Shown here in pieces: positions 28,330 through 38,612 of a stretch of DNA of 64,000 nt. Below the pieces are notes generated by a model. It was not told the origin of the DNA and ran no database searches. It saw only the letters and a list, made by a program, of their open reading frames with translations. This stretch comes from Candidatus Poribacteria bacterium (GTDB lineage Bacteria; Poribacteria; WGA-4E; WGA-3G). The DNA lies in contig CBDANF010000003.1 of the NCBI GenBank assembly GCA_965197475.1, positions 2,592,001 through 2,656,000 of the forward strand, read 5' to 3'. Positions within the stretch are counted from its first letter, which is position 1. The number at the start of each line of letters is the position of its first letter. Position numbers and translations under genes: made by a program.

Positions 28330-31325
28330 ATATTGGTGAAAATACTATAGGGAACATCATGCCGAACCGCCGTGAAACCACAATCACAAACGAACTAGTG
28401 AACATCCTACGACATATGCGCCACGGATGGGAACTCGAAACAGAAGTCAACGCCTTCATCAAAGGCAATAGCGAACTTGATGCACTCGTGATTGAACGTG
28501 GCAGAGAACCTGTCGGTATTGAGGCAAAATTCGCTACCACAACCAACGCCAAAAATCTCATCAAACAAGCCGAAACAAGACTCCTTCACGAACTTGAAAC
28601 TGAATATCACGTCTCCAGTCCGACGCTCAATAACGTCATGGCAATCCTGTATCCTGACCGATTTAAGACAATGTCGGGAGGAGAGGTCAACTCCGAACTG
28701 TGCGCTGCGGACGATCTACAATACAAACTTGTCAATACCATCGGTGAAACCGTAGGACATTTTCCAAAAAACGGATGGGCAACAGGCACTGTAGGAGACA
28801 TTGCAAATGCACTTCACGTCGGTGCAATGCCGAACTCTAAACTTGAAGAAGCAGCAGCGGAGATGGAGAAAAGCATCAACAAAGCAGCTTACCTACTTGA
28901 GGACGCAATCGTTGATCATCTTGCTATTGGCAAGAAAATTGAGACAATTCTGCACCAAGAGGTTTTCTCTAAAGACGATGATGATTCAGAAGAAAAACCG
29001 CATACCCAAACGCTCCGCATGGCAGCACTGATTATTACCGATGCCTTTGTCTTTCAGAGTTCCCTCGCTGGCAAAGCCGAAATGGAATCTGTCCGTTCAC
29101 TCCGCCAACTTTTACCGACAATTGACTATGCCGATGTCATTGAGGATTGGAACACAATCCTCAAGGTCAATTATCGTCCGATATTCGAGGATGCCCGTAA
29201 CCTCGTTGAAGCACTCGCGACCGATGACAGACTTGTCAAACCTATCTTAACGCTCCTGTGTGAGGCTGCCAAAGACCTTGTTGATACAGGCATCGCGCAG
29301 ATTCACGAACTCGCAGGTATAGTGTTCCAGAAACTCATCACTGACAGGAAATATGTAAAGGCGAACTATACGCTCCCCGAAAGCGCGGTGCTATTGTCAA
29401 CCCTTGTGATGCCTGAACTGCCCAAAGGTCCACTCCCAAAAGTTGCAGACTTTGCATGTGGAACAGGTGCGCTGCTCAACGGTGTATATCAACGTATCTT
29501 GTCTCTGTATGAACAATCCGGTGGAAACGGTAGGGACATCCATCAGAAAATGTTAGAGGAAAACATCGGTGGTGTAGATATTATGCCGAATGCTACACAC
29601 CTCACAGCAGCCTCGCTTGCAAGCAGATATGCAGATATGAAACTCGGCGGCACGCGTATCCTCACAGCACCTTATGGTAAATTAGACAATGAAACTTACG
29701 CAGTTGGTTCACTTGAGCTGCTCAACGAAGAACTCTCACTACCAACAATGGGACCGGAGGGTGAACAGGTTGGTGGTGAAGAAAATAGGATAGTTGATCT
29801 CCAAAAGGAATTTCCGTACGAAAAATTCAACGTCGTTATTCAAAATCCACCTTTTACGAAACCAGGTGCAGACCCTGCTGGCATAGACGGTGCTAAATCC
29901 CCTTTCCAAGGCAATGACCGACCTCAAGAGTATACAAAGGCAATGCAAACTGCCCTCAAGAAAAAAGATACGTTGGTCGCTGACGGGCAAGCAGGACTCA
30001 GTTCCTACTTTATTGAATTGGCTGATAGAATGCTTAAGTCTAACGGTACAATGGGTTTTATTCTGCCTGCAACGGTGCTCGCCTCACCAACTTCGCAGAA
30101 GGTCCGTAACATGTGGGCAACAAAATACCGTGATGTGATTGTGATAACTATCGCTGAAGCGAAAGGATTGGACTGTGCTTTTTCTGCCGATACGGACATG
30201 GCAGAGTGTATCATTGTAGCAACAAAAGGAAAAAGTGATAATACGGGACGTGGCAAGTTTGTTTGCCTAAACCAACGTCCAAAAAGTTTACTTGAGGCTT
30301 TTGAGATTACAAACAGAATCATCCGAAGTAACGGAACGTACCGATTAGAAGATGCACCAAGTGGCGGCGATACGATAAAGGTCGGTAAAGAAAACCTTGG
30401 ATATATGCTTGATTGCCCGTTACCTTGCGGTGAAGGGTGGGTTGCTGTGCGTGTGAAATCAATGGCAGTAATTCAGTCTGCCCGACGACTGAAAAAGGGT
30501 AGATTGGAACTACCGCTACAAGAGTTACAAGAAACGGTTACTGAGATTCCAATTTGCCAAGTCGGAGACATCGCGACTTTGGGATTGGCTGAGGTTAGGA
30601 ATGTGTTTCGTAAAGTGGAAGGGTTTCAACCCAACGAAGATGGGTACGCTTGCTTGTGGAATGCAAAGAGCGAAGTTCAGCGATCAATGCTTGTGCTCCC
30701 GGATTCACGCGCAATTCCCGTTCCGAACGCAGAAACTGAAGTGCAAAAACGAGTAGATCGGAACAGCAGAACACATTACAACATGTTGATGAGATTTAGT
30801 TCTAACTCATTAATTGCACTTTTCACTGATAAACCCTCTATAGGTCCAACTTCAGTAACTAATGTGGCATTTGAAAGCGCACGATATGAGATTCCGTGGG
30901 CACTCTGGTGTAACTCAACATTGGGATTGTTTTGTCATTGGTTGCATAGTGGCAAACAAAATTCTGGACGTGGAAAGTTATGGATTGGAACATTGCGAAC
31001 TTTACCAACATTAGATGTCCGCGAACTCTCAGAAGAAAGCTTAACAAAAGCAGAAGAGATTTTTGAGCAATTGAAGTATAAGCGTATGTTGCCTTTTAAT
31101 GAGTGTGCTCATGACCCTGTGCGCGAGGAATTAGATCGGTGTCTATTGACTGAGGTGCTGGGAATTACGAGTGATAACGTGCTTAAGTCTATGCAGACAC
31201 TCCGTGAGATGCTCTGCGCTGAACCGAGTATCCACGGTGGGAAGCAGTCTAAATGTGATCTTGATGCGGAGTTGGCAATGCTTAAGAAGAAGGGGATCCC
31301 TTTTCCAAATTGGTATGTTGAGTAA
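28326..31325 (+). CDS. Single-chain Type IIG-like restriction endonuclease/N6-adenine methyltransferase (alternative start 28359)
   Basis: N-terminal LD...IEAK (PD-(D/E)xK), motif I VADFACGTG, motif IV QNPPF, GFILP, and a C-terminal TRD-like region. Confidence 0.85.
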   Translation: MNIGENTIGNIMPNRRETTITNELVNILRHMRHGWELETEVNAFIKGNSELDALVIERGREPVGIEAKFATTTNAKNLIKQAETRLLHELETEYHVSSPTLNNVMAILYPDRFKTMSGGEVNSELCAADDLQYKLVNTIGETVGHFPKNGWATGTVGDIANALHVGAMPNSKLEEAAAEMEKSINKAAYLLEDAIVDHLAIGKKIETILHQEVFSKDDDDSEEKPHTQTLRMAALIITDAFVFQSSLAGKAEMESVRSLRQLLPTIDYADVIEDWNTILKVNYRPIFEDARNLVEALATDDRLVKPILTLLCEAAKDLVDTGIAQIHELAGIVFQKLITDRKYVKANYTLPESAVLLSTLVMPELPKGPLPKVADFACGTGALLNGVYQRILSLYEQSGGNGRDIHQKMLEENIGGVDIMPNATHLTAASLASRYADMKLGGTRILTAPYGKLDNETYAVGSLELLNEELSLPTMGPEGEQVGGEENRIVDLQKEFPYEKFNVVIQNPPFTKPGADPAGIDGAKSPFQGNDRPQEYTKAMQTALKKKDTLVADGQAGLSSYFIELADRMLKSNGTMGFILPATVLASPTSQKVRNMWATKYRDVIVITIAEAKGLDCAFSADTDMAECIIVATKGKSDNTGRGKFVCLNQRPKSLLEAFEITNRIIRSNGTYRLEDAPSGGDTIKVGKENLGYMLDCPLPCGEGWVAVRVKSMAVIQSARRLKKGRLELPLQELQETVTEIPICQVGDIATLGLAEVRNVFRKVEGFQPNEDGYACLWNAKSEVQRSMLVLPDSRAIPVPNAETEVQKRVDRNSRTHYNMLMRFSSNSLIALFTDKPSIGPTSVTNVAFESARYEIPWALWCNSTLGLFCHWLHSGKQNSGRGKLWIGTLRTLPTLDVRELSEESLTKAEEIFEQLKYKRMLPFNECAHDPVREELDRCLLTEVLGITSDNVLKSMQTLREMLCAEPSIHGGKQSKCDLDAELAMLKKKGIPFPNWYVE

Positions 31326-31420
31326 AGCATGGTTGATTTGTATTCTCCTGCTGAATCTAAGCGAATGTTAATAGTCCGCCTGTCTATAGCACAAACACTC
31401 AATGTTTAAACCATTTTTGC

Positions 31421-31450
31421 TTGCGAACCTTGCCCTCTATGTGTTAAAAT
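31421..31450 (+). promoter_or_regulatory. Putative promoter for pAgo
   Basis: TTGCGA-18 bp-TAAAAT with an extended TG; GGAG RBS at 31500. Confidence 0.45.
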
Positions 31451-31516
31451 TAGGACACTACTGTAGGAACGATCCTTTAAAACACTCCAAAATCAAACAG
31501 GAGAACAACCGCTGAA

Positions 31517-33628
31517 ATGACAAGCGAATTAGTTGTATTTACGGAGATTTTTCCAATCCATTTAGAAGCTCTTCCAGAACTAACATTGTACCAACTGAAG
31601 GTTAATGGATCTGCTCCATTAAATGAAATAGGACGGAAAGTAGGTTACCGCTTACAAACAAAGTTCGGCAATCATTGGAATTGGGATAAGGTAGAGAAAT
31701 ATCTTATTACTGATTGTTCTCAACAAGTGGAATCGTCCTTAAGTGAAGTTCTGCAAGAAATATGGAAAACTTCGACAGAAGAAGATATACTCCGATCACT
31801 AGAGAAGATTATAAAGGTAAGTCCTAACCACAAAGCTTCAAATCAAGGAATAGCTGACTTTGTTGCAAGTTCCCTACAAAATGATTTTTCACGAAATATC
31901 AAAAAAGCATTGGAGGAATATAGAAGGGAAGAAAACACATATTACGTACACCGCAGATGTGATTTGCGCGGTTGGACAGTTGACAATCATCCTGCAATAT
32001 CTGTTTCTATTAATTCTGAATTGGAATACAAAGGTGATTTGAGAAAGTACATCGCATCCAGCGGACACAACGATCTATTAGGTCTACACGTCAAAGATAA
32101 AACTAAACCGAGTTTTCAAAATTCAATGAAAATCACGGGAATTGTTGGAAAACTCGGTGAAAACAATACGCGAGTCAGATTGTTAGCGTTTAAACCACAT
32201 CCTGATATGAAACGCATGATAGAACAAGCACCAGATGATGAATTGGTAGTTAAACTTAATGATAAATATCATTACGTTGCTAGTGCTTTACAAATTCAAA
32301 TACGTAATGCCGATTATGCTCGCTTCAAAATCAGTGAGAAACTACAAATTCCTGTTTTACAACGCTCAGAATATATTAAAAAAATAGCCTCAATAATTAA
32401 AAGCAGCGGTTTAACAGATCGGGCGTATTCCACATTAACTCATCCACACTTGTTTCTTAGCAAAAATGATATTGGGTATGATCCTAAACTGAAAATTGGC
32501 AAAGATCAAGTTGTACCTTCAGAGTCAATCTATACTTCTCTAAAGAAATTTGGTATGTACAAATCCACAACCAACAAGCAGATACGTATCGGGATTTTAA
32601 ATACCGCGCCTCAAACGTCATTAAATCGCCTCCGAATAAATTTGAGAAAAGAACTTAGCGAAAACCTGCAGTACGAATTGATACAAGCGATAGAAAAACA
32701 GATTTCTAATCCATCACGGAAAGTATTAGAGTCTGCGATTGAGGAAATAGCTCAAAAGAACCCCGATATTATTTTAGGAATAATCCCAAAACCTGATTTT
32801 GACACGGATGAATGGACACCTTATGATAACTTTAAGCATTTAACTTTAAAAAAAGATTTACAAAGTCAAGTTATTCAACCTAATAATGTAAATAACCATT
32901 ATATTATAGGGAATGTTGTTTTAGGGATACTTGCAAAAATAGGTAATATCCCCTATGTGTTGGCAGAACCGATAACCTATGCTGACCTAGTTGTTGGGCT
33001 TGATGTGGCTCGTCAGAAAAAACGTAATCGTCCGGGTACTATGAACTCGGCAGGAATGGCAAGAATCTACTTTGCAAACGGTGAAATGATGCGATATAAT
33101 ATCCGTGAAACAATGCTGGAGGGAGAAATAATTCCAGAACGTATTTTACATGATATATTTCCGCAAACAGAGTTTACAGGTAAAAAAATTCTTATTCACC
33201 GAGATGGGGAATTGCCGGATTCTGAAAAAGAGGCGTTGATGAAATGGGGGAATGAAATTGGAGCTACGTTTTATTTTGTTGAAGTTATTAAAAGTGGAAC
33301 ACCGCGTCTTTATGCTAAAAACAAGGAAATTGTCAAAGCACCTAAAGGAAGCATATTTAAACTGGGTGAAACCGAGGCATTATTAGTTTCATCAGAATTT
33401 CCGGCGGGATTCAAGGCAACCCCGCAACCTATCCGCGTTCGTACTCACCATCCTTTTCCACTAGAACATGCTCTCCACTCTGTTTTGTCACTTACTTTAC
33501 TTCATTATGGGTCTATTCGTCCCCCACGTTTGCCTGTGACTACACACTATGCTGATAAGATATCCTCTATGGCTATAAAGGGTTTAAGACCGGAGACGCT
33601 TGATGGTGAAATTCCATTTTGGTTATAA
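31517..33628 (+). CDS. ago: Long prokaryotic Argonaute (N-PAZ-MID-PIWI) with an intact DEDD tetrad
   Basis: MID YDNFK...SQVI...LAKIG; PIWI GLD(496), GE(537), HRD(563)G, RLPVTTHYAD(680); C-terminal PFWL. Confidence 0.95.
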   Translation: MTSELVVFTEIFPIHLEALPELTLYQLKVNGSAPLNEIGRKVGYRLQTKFGNHWNWDKVEKYLITDCSQQVESSLSEVLQEIWKTSTEEDILRSLEKIIKVSPNHKASNQGIADFVASSLQNDFSRNIKKALEEYRREENTYYVHRRCDLRGWTVDNHPAISVSINSELEYKGDLRKYIASSGHNDLLGLHVKDKTKPSFQNSMKITGIVGKLGENNTRVRLLAFKPHPDMKRMIEQAPDDELVVKLNDKYHYVASALQIQIRNADYARFKISEKLQIPVLQRSEYIKKIASIIKSSGLTDRAYSTLTHPHLFLSKNDIGYDPKLKIGKDQVVPSESIYTSLKKFGMYKSTTNKQIRIGILNTAPQTSLNRLRINLRKELSENLQYELIQAIEKQISNPSRKVLESAIEEIAQKNPDIILGIIPKPDFDTDEWTPYDNFKHLTLKKDLQSQVIQPNNVNNHYIIGNVVLGILAKIGNIPYVLAEPITYADLVVGLDVARQKKRNRPGTMNSAGMARIYFANGEMMRYNIRETMLEGEIIPERILHDIFPQTEFTGKKILIHRDGELPDSEKEALMKWGNEIGATFYFVEVIKSGTPRLYAKNKEIVKAPKGSIFKLGETEALLVSSEFPAGFKATPQPIRVRTHHPFPLEHALHSVLSLTLLHYGSIRPPRLPVTTHYADKISSMAIKGLRPETLDGEIPFWL

Positions 33629-33812
33629 TCGCAAATAACTTATACGACGTATCCTCACGACTGTTCTTGGAATATATTGGTTTATCAGGAAAACTACAAA
33701 ATCCTGAAAATCTTGGTTCAGACAACCTTATTGGAAACCTAATAGACATTTGCATTTAGCGTGCCCCGCATGGTAAAATATTATTACCACTTAACCCGCA
33801 GGTTTCCATCAC

Positions 33813-35687
33813 ATGCACTCAAACCGACTCCTCATAATTATCGGCATACTACTTCTCTGTTTGGCAGCTACGCCAAGAGCAGTGCATGACTTTCAGAATA
33901 TAGAGCAGAATGTCACTCCAGAAAACACATCACCTGCAAACGAAACAGCGGATATCAACACAATCCCCCTCTACTACATCCCTCAACTCAACTTTGACGG
34001 TAATAAACATTTCAATCAGAAAAGGTTGCGCGATCTATTCAAGTGGCAAGCAAAAAAAGTATATTCTCACAACGAAATAAAAGAGGGGTTTGAGCGTATA
34101 CTATTAGCGTATCGGAAAAACGGGTTCGTGTTCGCGCTGATATCCCCGCCAACCGTTTCACCAATTTCTACAAGCAATACACAAGTATCTATTAACGTAA
34201 AAATTCGAGAAGGCAAACGACTCCGTATCGGTGAATTTTCGCTTATAGGGAATAAACTATTTTCTCAATCCATTATCTTACGCGAACTCGGTTTGCGAAA
34301 GGGGCAATTCTTCACGCAGACTGCCCTTGAACAAGGGATTGAGAGGATTCAACTGTTATACAGTGAACATGGATATCCTAAAGTTGAAATTGAACCTACT
34401 ATCACCAATCTTTCCGCTGGGACTGGCAGAATAAATTTCGGTTTGCAGATACGGGAAGGTGCAAAAGTTAGGCTAAGTGAGATCAAGGTGAGTGGACTCA
34501 CGAAAACAAAAACCGATGTGGTACTACGGGAAATTCCTGTTAAAGCGAACGACTATTTTGACCAGCGTAAAATAGACCAAAGTTACCACCGATTGAGGAA
34601 TTTAGGTTACTTTCACCACATTCATCCAAATTTGTTGGAGGCAGGCACAACTGAGGATACCCTCATATTTCATGCGAAAGTTACTGAAGCACGAACAGGA
34701 CGTTTAATCGGGATCCTCGGCTATGCACCACCCGTTGAAGGTTCAGAATCGGTGCCGCAACTCACAGGCGTTGTGGAATTCGGTGAGACAAACTTATTGG
34801 GGACAGGGCGGGATGTTAACCTCCTTTGGAAATCTGGTTTACTAAAGGCACTGCGAGTCGGATACAAAGAACCGTGGATTCTCGGAAAACCGATTACGTT
34901 AGGATTAGCGTATAGTCAACTCAAACAACGCAATCCGTTCAATGATGCTGAATCTGAAGAGCAGGCAGCAAGTATAAGTGGAAACACTGCATTCGGTAGA
35001 TTTTACGAAAGTGAGGTAACGCTTGGCTATAAACGGATTAAGTTTGCTGGCATCATATCTCCGTTGCCGGTTGCAACCTCACAAGACCCCTTTTCTACAT
35101 CCACAAATACTTTATTAGACGATACGCCTGCTTCAATTGAACGTGGGACGAAGTATAGTGTTACCCTTCGGTTAACGCGGGATTCGCGAGATTATTTTCT
35201 GAATCCTACACACGGTAGACGCGATAGTATCGCTGTTGAACTTTCCAGAAGTGATTTTAAACTGCGTAAAATCTGGCTTGACCTTCAACAGTACTTTCAG
35301 ATGTGGGAAAACCAAATAATCGCGATTGAGTTGCACGGTGCTGCTGCGTGGGGTGTCAACATTCCACCGACAGAACTGTTTTACCTGGGCGGTGCGAACA
35401 CACTGCGGGGATATGATGAGGATTGGTTTTCGGGACCTCGCAGAGCGCATGCGAATCTCGAATATAGGTTCCTTATGGGACGAAATTCACAAATATTTAC
35501 TTTCGTTGATTTAGGATCGGTTACCTTCATTGACCGACCATCTGTTTTTGATAAACTTCGAATTGGTTACGGGTTCGGGACAAGACTTGAATCTAAAGGC
35601 GGCATTATACAGTTAGATTATGGACTTGCAGCTGGGGATTCAGCACTACGGGGTAAAATTCATGTGAAATTAGGTGCATCGTTTTGA
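33813..35687 (+). CDS. BamA/TamA (Omp85) family protein with POTRA domains
   Basis: POTRA repeats (Y...GF/GY, I.EG), NLLGTG, YLGGANTLRGY, C-terminal Phe. Confidence 0.88.
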   Translation: MHSNRLLIIIGILLLCLAATPRAVHDFQNIEQNVTPENTSPANETADINTIPLYYIPQLNFDGNKHFNQKRLRDLFKWQAKKVYSHNEIKEGFERILLAYRKNGFVFALISPPTVSPISTSNTQVSINVKIREGKRLRIGEFSLIGNKLFSQSIILRELGLRKGQFFTQTALEQGIERIQLLYSEHGYPKVEIEPTITNLSAGTGRINFGLQIREGAKVRLSEIKVSGLTKTKTDVVLREIPVKANDYFDQRKIDQSYHRLRNLGYFHHIHPNLLEAGTTEDTLIFHAKVTEARTGRLIGILGYAPPVEGSESVPQLTGVVEFGETNLLGTGRDVNLLWKSGLLKALRVGYKEPWILGKPITLGLAYSQLKQRNPFNDAESEEQAASISGNTAFGRFYESEVTLGYKRIKFAGIISPLPVATSQDPFSTSTNTLLDDTPASIERGTKYSVTLRLTRDSRDYFLNPTHGRRDSIAVELSRSDFKLRKIWLDLQQYFQMWENQIIAIELHGAAAWGVNIPPTELFYLGGANTLRGYDEDWFSGPRRAHANLEYRFLMGRNSQIFTFVDLGSVTFIDRPSVFDKLRIGYGFGTRLESKGGIIQLDYGLAAGDSALRGKIHVKLGASF

Positions 35688-35860
35688 TATACTTTTCTTT
35701 TGGAAGAGCTTCAACCTAATTGGCATTTAAACGTCTTGATTAAAATAAAATTACGCGTGCTTGTTTATAGTAGCGCAATTTCCATATCTAATTTTATTTT
35801 GATTGCAACATTCCTAATTTTGTGCTAATATAATTTGATAAATAAAAGAGGAGGATTTGG

Positions 35861-37654
35861 ATGACAAACAATAGTAAATTGCTCAGTTGGGTTCAGGAAG
35901 CAGCGGAGCTGTGCCAACCCGATGATATTTATTGGTGCGATGGTTCTCAAGAAGAGAACGACAGATTGTGTGAGGAACTGGTCCAGAAAGGAACATTTGT
36001 TCGGTTGAATCCGGATAAGCGACCTGGCAGTTATCTCGCTCGTTCTAATCCAGCAGACGTAGCTCGCGTTGAAGGAAGAACGTACATCTGTGCCAAAACC
36101 CCAGCTGAAGCAGGACCTACGAACAATTGGCATGACCCAGATGAAATGAAAACAACCCTAAAAAGACTTTTTAAAGGATGTATGAAAGGACGCACGATGT
36201 ACGTCGTTCCTTTCAGCATGGGGCCACTTGGGTCACCGATTTCACATATCGGTGTAGAAATAAGTGATTCACCTTATGTCGTTGTCAATATGCGTATTAT
36301 GACGCGTATGGGCAAAGATGTGTTGGATATTTTAGGTGAAGATGGCGATTTTGTACCGTGCTTACATTCTGTAGGTATGCCGCTTGAATCGGGACAAGAA
36401 GATGTTTCCTGGCCCTGTAACTCTGACAATAAATATATAGTACACTTTCCAGAGGAACGCTCCATTTGGTCTTACGGCAGCGGCTACGGTGGTAACGCGT
36501 TGCTCGGCAAAAAATGCTATGCACTCCGCATCGCCTCTATTATGGCGAAAAACGACGGGTGGATGGCAGAACACATGCTCATTTTGGGATTAACCAGCCC
36601 TGAAGGCGAAAAAACCTATATTGCTGCAGCGTTTCCCAGTGCTTGTGGCAAAACGAACCTTGCAATGCTCACCCCTACTATCCCCGGATGGAAAGCAGAA
36701 ACTATCGGTGATGACATCGCGTGGATGAAGTTTGGTGAAGATGGTAGACTCTATGCTATCAATCCTGAAGCGGGCTTTTTCGGTGTTGCACCAGGAACAT
36801 CTATGGATACCAACCCGAATGCGATGCACACGCTTGGATCAAACTCTATCTTTACAAACGCTGCGCTTACTCCTGAAGAAGATGTGTGGTGGGAAGAGAT
36901 GCGCGAAGAGGAACCCGAAACCGTCACAAGTTGGCTCGGTGAAGAATGGCACCCCGGTGATGAAAAAACCGCAGCCCACCCCAATGCACGCTATACAACA
37001 CCCGCTTCGCAATGCCCTATCATTGATCCGAATTGGGAAAATCCCAACGGTGTGCCTATTTCAGCTATTTTGTTCGGTGGACGACGCGCTACCACGGTCC
37101 CACTTGTTTTTGAAGCATTTGATTGGCAACACGGCACCTTTATCGGTTCTATTGCTTCCTCTGAACGCACTGCAGCTGCGGCAGGTACTGTCGGGGAACT
37201 CAGACGTGATCCGATGGCTATGCTCCCGTTCTGTGGTTACAACATGGGCGACTACTTCGCACACTGGCTTGAAATGGGAGAAAAAACTGATACTGATAAA
37301 CTCCCTCGTATCTTCTACGTCAATTGGTTCCGCAAAGATGCGGATGGCGGATGGCTCTGGCCCGGTTTTGGCGAAAACAGTCGCGTTCTAAAGTGGATTG
37401 TTGAACGTATTGGCGGAAAGAGTGAAGCGGTTGAAACACCGATCGGTTATTTGCCAGCCAAGGGCGCAATTGATACCTCCGGACTTGATGTAACTGCGGA
37501 GCAAATGACGGAATTGCTGAACGTTGATATTGACGAATGGCTGAACGAAATTCAGTCTATTCGCGAACATTACGAACGGTTTGAGGACACACTTCCGAAG
37601 GCTTTGTTAGAAGAATTAGAAGCATTAGAAACCCGCCTGCGTCAAAGTCAATAA
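35861..37654 (+). CDS. pckG: GTP-dependent phosphoenolpyruvate carboxykinase
   Basis: [43 protein letters not shown]. Confidence 0.97.
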   Translation: MTNNSKLLSWVQEAAELCQPDDIYWCDGSQEENDRLCEELVQKGTFVRLNPDKRPGSYLARSNPADVARVEGRTYICAKTPAEAGPTNNWHDPDEMKTTLKRLFKGCMKGRTMYVVPFSMGPLGSPISHIGVEISDSPYVVVNMRIMTRMGKDVLDILGEDGDFVPCLHSVGMPLESGQEDVSWPCNSDNKYIVHFPEERSIWSYGSGYGGNALLGKKCYALRIASIMAKNDGWMAEHMLILGLTSPEGEKTYIAAAFPSACGKTNLAMLTPTIPGWKAETIGDDIAWMKFGEDGRLYAINPEAGFFGVAPGTSMDTNPNAMHTLGSNSIFTNAALTPEEDVWWEEMREEEPETVTSWLGEEWHPGDEKTAAHPNARYTTPASQCPIIDPNWENPNGVPISAILFGGRRATTVPLVFEAFDWQHGTFIGSIASSERTAAAAGTVGELRRDPMAMLPFCGYNMGDYFAHWLEMGEKTDTDKLPRIFYVNWFRKDADGGWLWPGFGENSRVLKWIVERIGGKSEAVETPIGYLPAKGAIDTSGLDVTAEQMTELLNVDIDEWLNEIQSIREHYERFEDTLPKALLEELEALETRLRQSQ

Positions 37655-37671
37655 TACTGAGATGATTGTGC

Positions 37672-37705
37672 TGTAGGGTAAGTGACTTCATGCTCTTGCT
37701 CTACA
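37672..37705 (+). terminator. GTAG-type hairpin downstream of pckG
   Basis: TGTAGGGTAAG...CTTGCTCTACA imperfect inverted repeat. Confidence 0.45.
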
Positions 37706-37834
37706 ACATAATAATTAATCTAAACCTTATCAGAATTCAATTCTATGGTCGTCTCCGTTCAATCCACAACTCCTCTACTAAATCGTAAGTATTTTATAAG
37801 ATAACTCTCGATTTATGAACACTCTTGATTTAAT

Positions 37835-37863
37835 TTGACTTTTTATTCTAACCATTATATAAT
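37835..37863 (+). promoter_or_regulatory. Sigma70-type promoter for apt-permease
   Basis: TTGACT-17 bp-TATAAT. Confidence 0.7.
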
Positions 37864-38005
37864 CGTCATATTGGGACTAAATTCATATAAGTTGCCTCAT
37901 AGGAATGGCATGACTTAATTGGAATAATTCTGAAAACTCCGTGTTTCTTTTAGTGACAACTTAGATATTCTAAAAACTGTCCAAACTTAAAATTAAAGGA
38001 AGGGT

Positions 38006-38521
38006 ATGAGCGATTTTGCTAAATTTATTCGAAATATACCGGATTTTCCGGAACCGGGTATTTCATTTAAAGACATTACGCCGCTTTTAGGAAATGGTGC
38101 TGTTTTCTGCGCTGCAGTTGAGGTGTTCGCAAACTATTATAAATATAAGGTGGTTGACATAATTGTAGGAATCGAGTCACGAGGTTTCATTTTTGCCTCT
38201 GCAGTCGCGCATCGGTTAGGTGTCGGCTTTGTGCCTGTTCGAAAAAAAGGAAAACTGCCATTTGACACGTATGAAGTGAAATACGAACTTGAATATGGTA
38301 ATGATACACTAACAATTCATCAAGACGCTTTTCCAAAGGGCAGTCGTGTGCTTATATGTGATGATCTATTGGCTACCGGCGGAACCCTTGCTGCAACGGT
38401 CGAACTTGTTGAAAAACTGGGTGGAGACATTGTAGGCATTGCCCTCTTAATTGAACTCACTGAACTCAACGGACGAGAAAAATTGGAAGACTTGGATATT
38501 TTTTCTCTCATTAAATATTAA
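38006..38521 (+). CDS. apt: Adenine phosphoribosyltransferase
   Basis: IPDFPEPGISFKDITPL, ESRGF, VRKKGKLP, ICDDLLATGGT. Confidence 0.96.
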   Translation: MSDFAKFIRNIPDFPEPGISFKDITPLLGNGAVFCAAVEVFANYYKYKVVDIIVGIESRGFIFASAVAHRLGVGFVPVRKKGKLPFDTYEVKYELEYGNDTLTIHQDAFPKGSRVLICDDLLATGGTLAATVELVEKLGGDIVGIALLIELTELNGREKLEDLDIFSLIKY

Positions 38522-38612
38522 CAAGTCTCTGACTATACTTTTGAGCAAGTGAAAATCAGCATACACAGCAATTACCGATTGTCAATTCGATGGAGACTAT
38601 TAGGGAGAGGAT

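Noticed and set aside
36732-37391. 219-aa alternative-frame ORF
   Set aside because: Lies wholly within pckG in another frame.
37864-37960. Purine riboswitch upstream of apt
   Set aside because: The conserved J2/3 (TTTCTACC) and L3 (CCGTAAA) sequences are not present.
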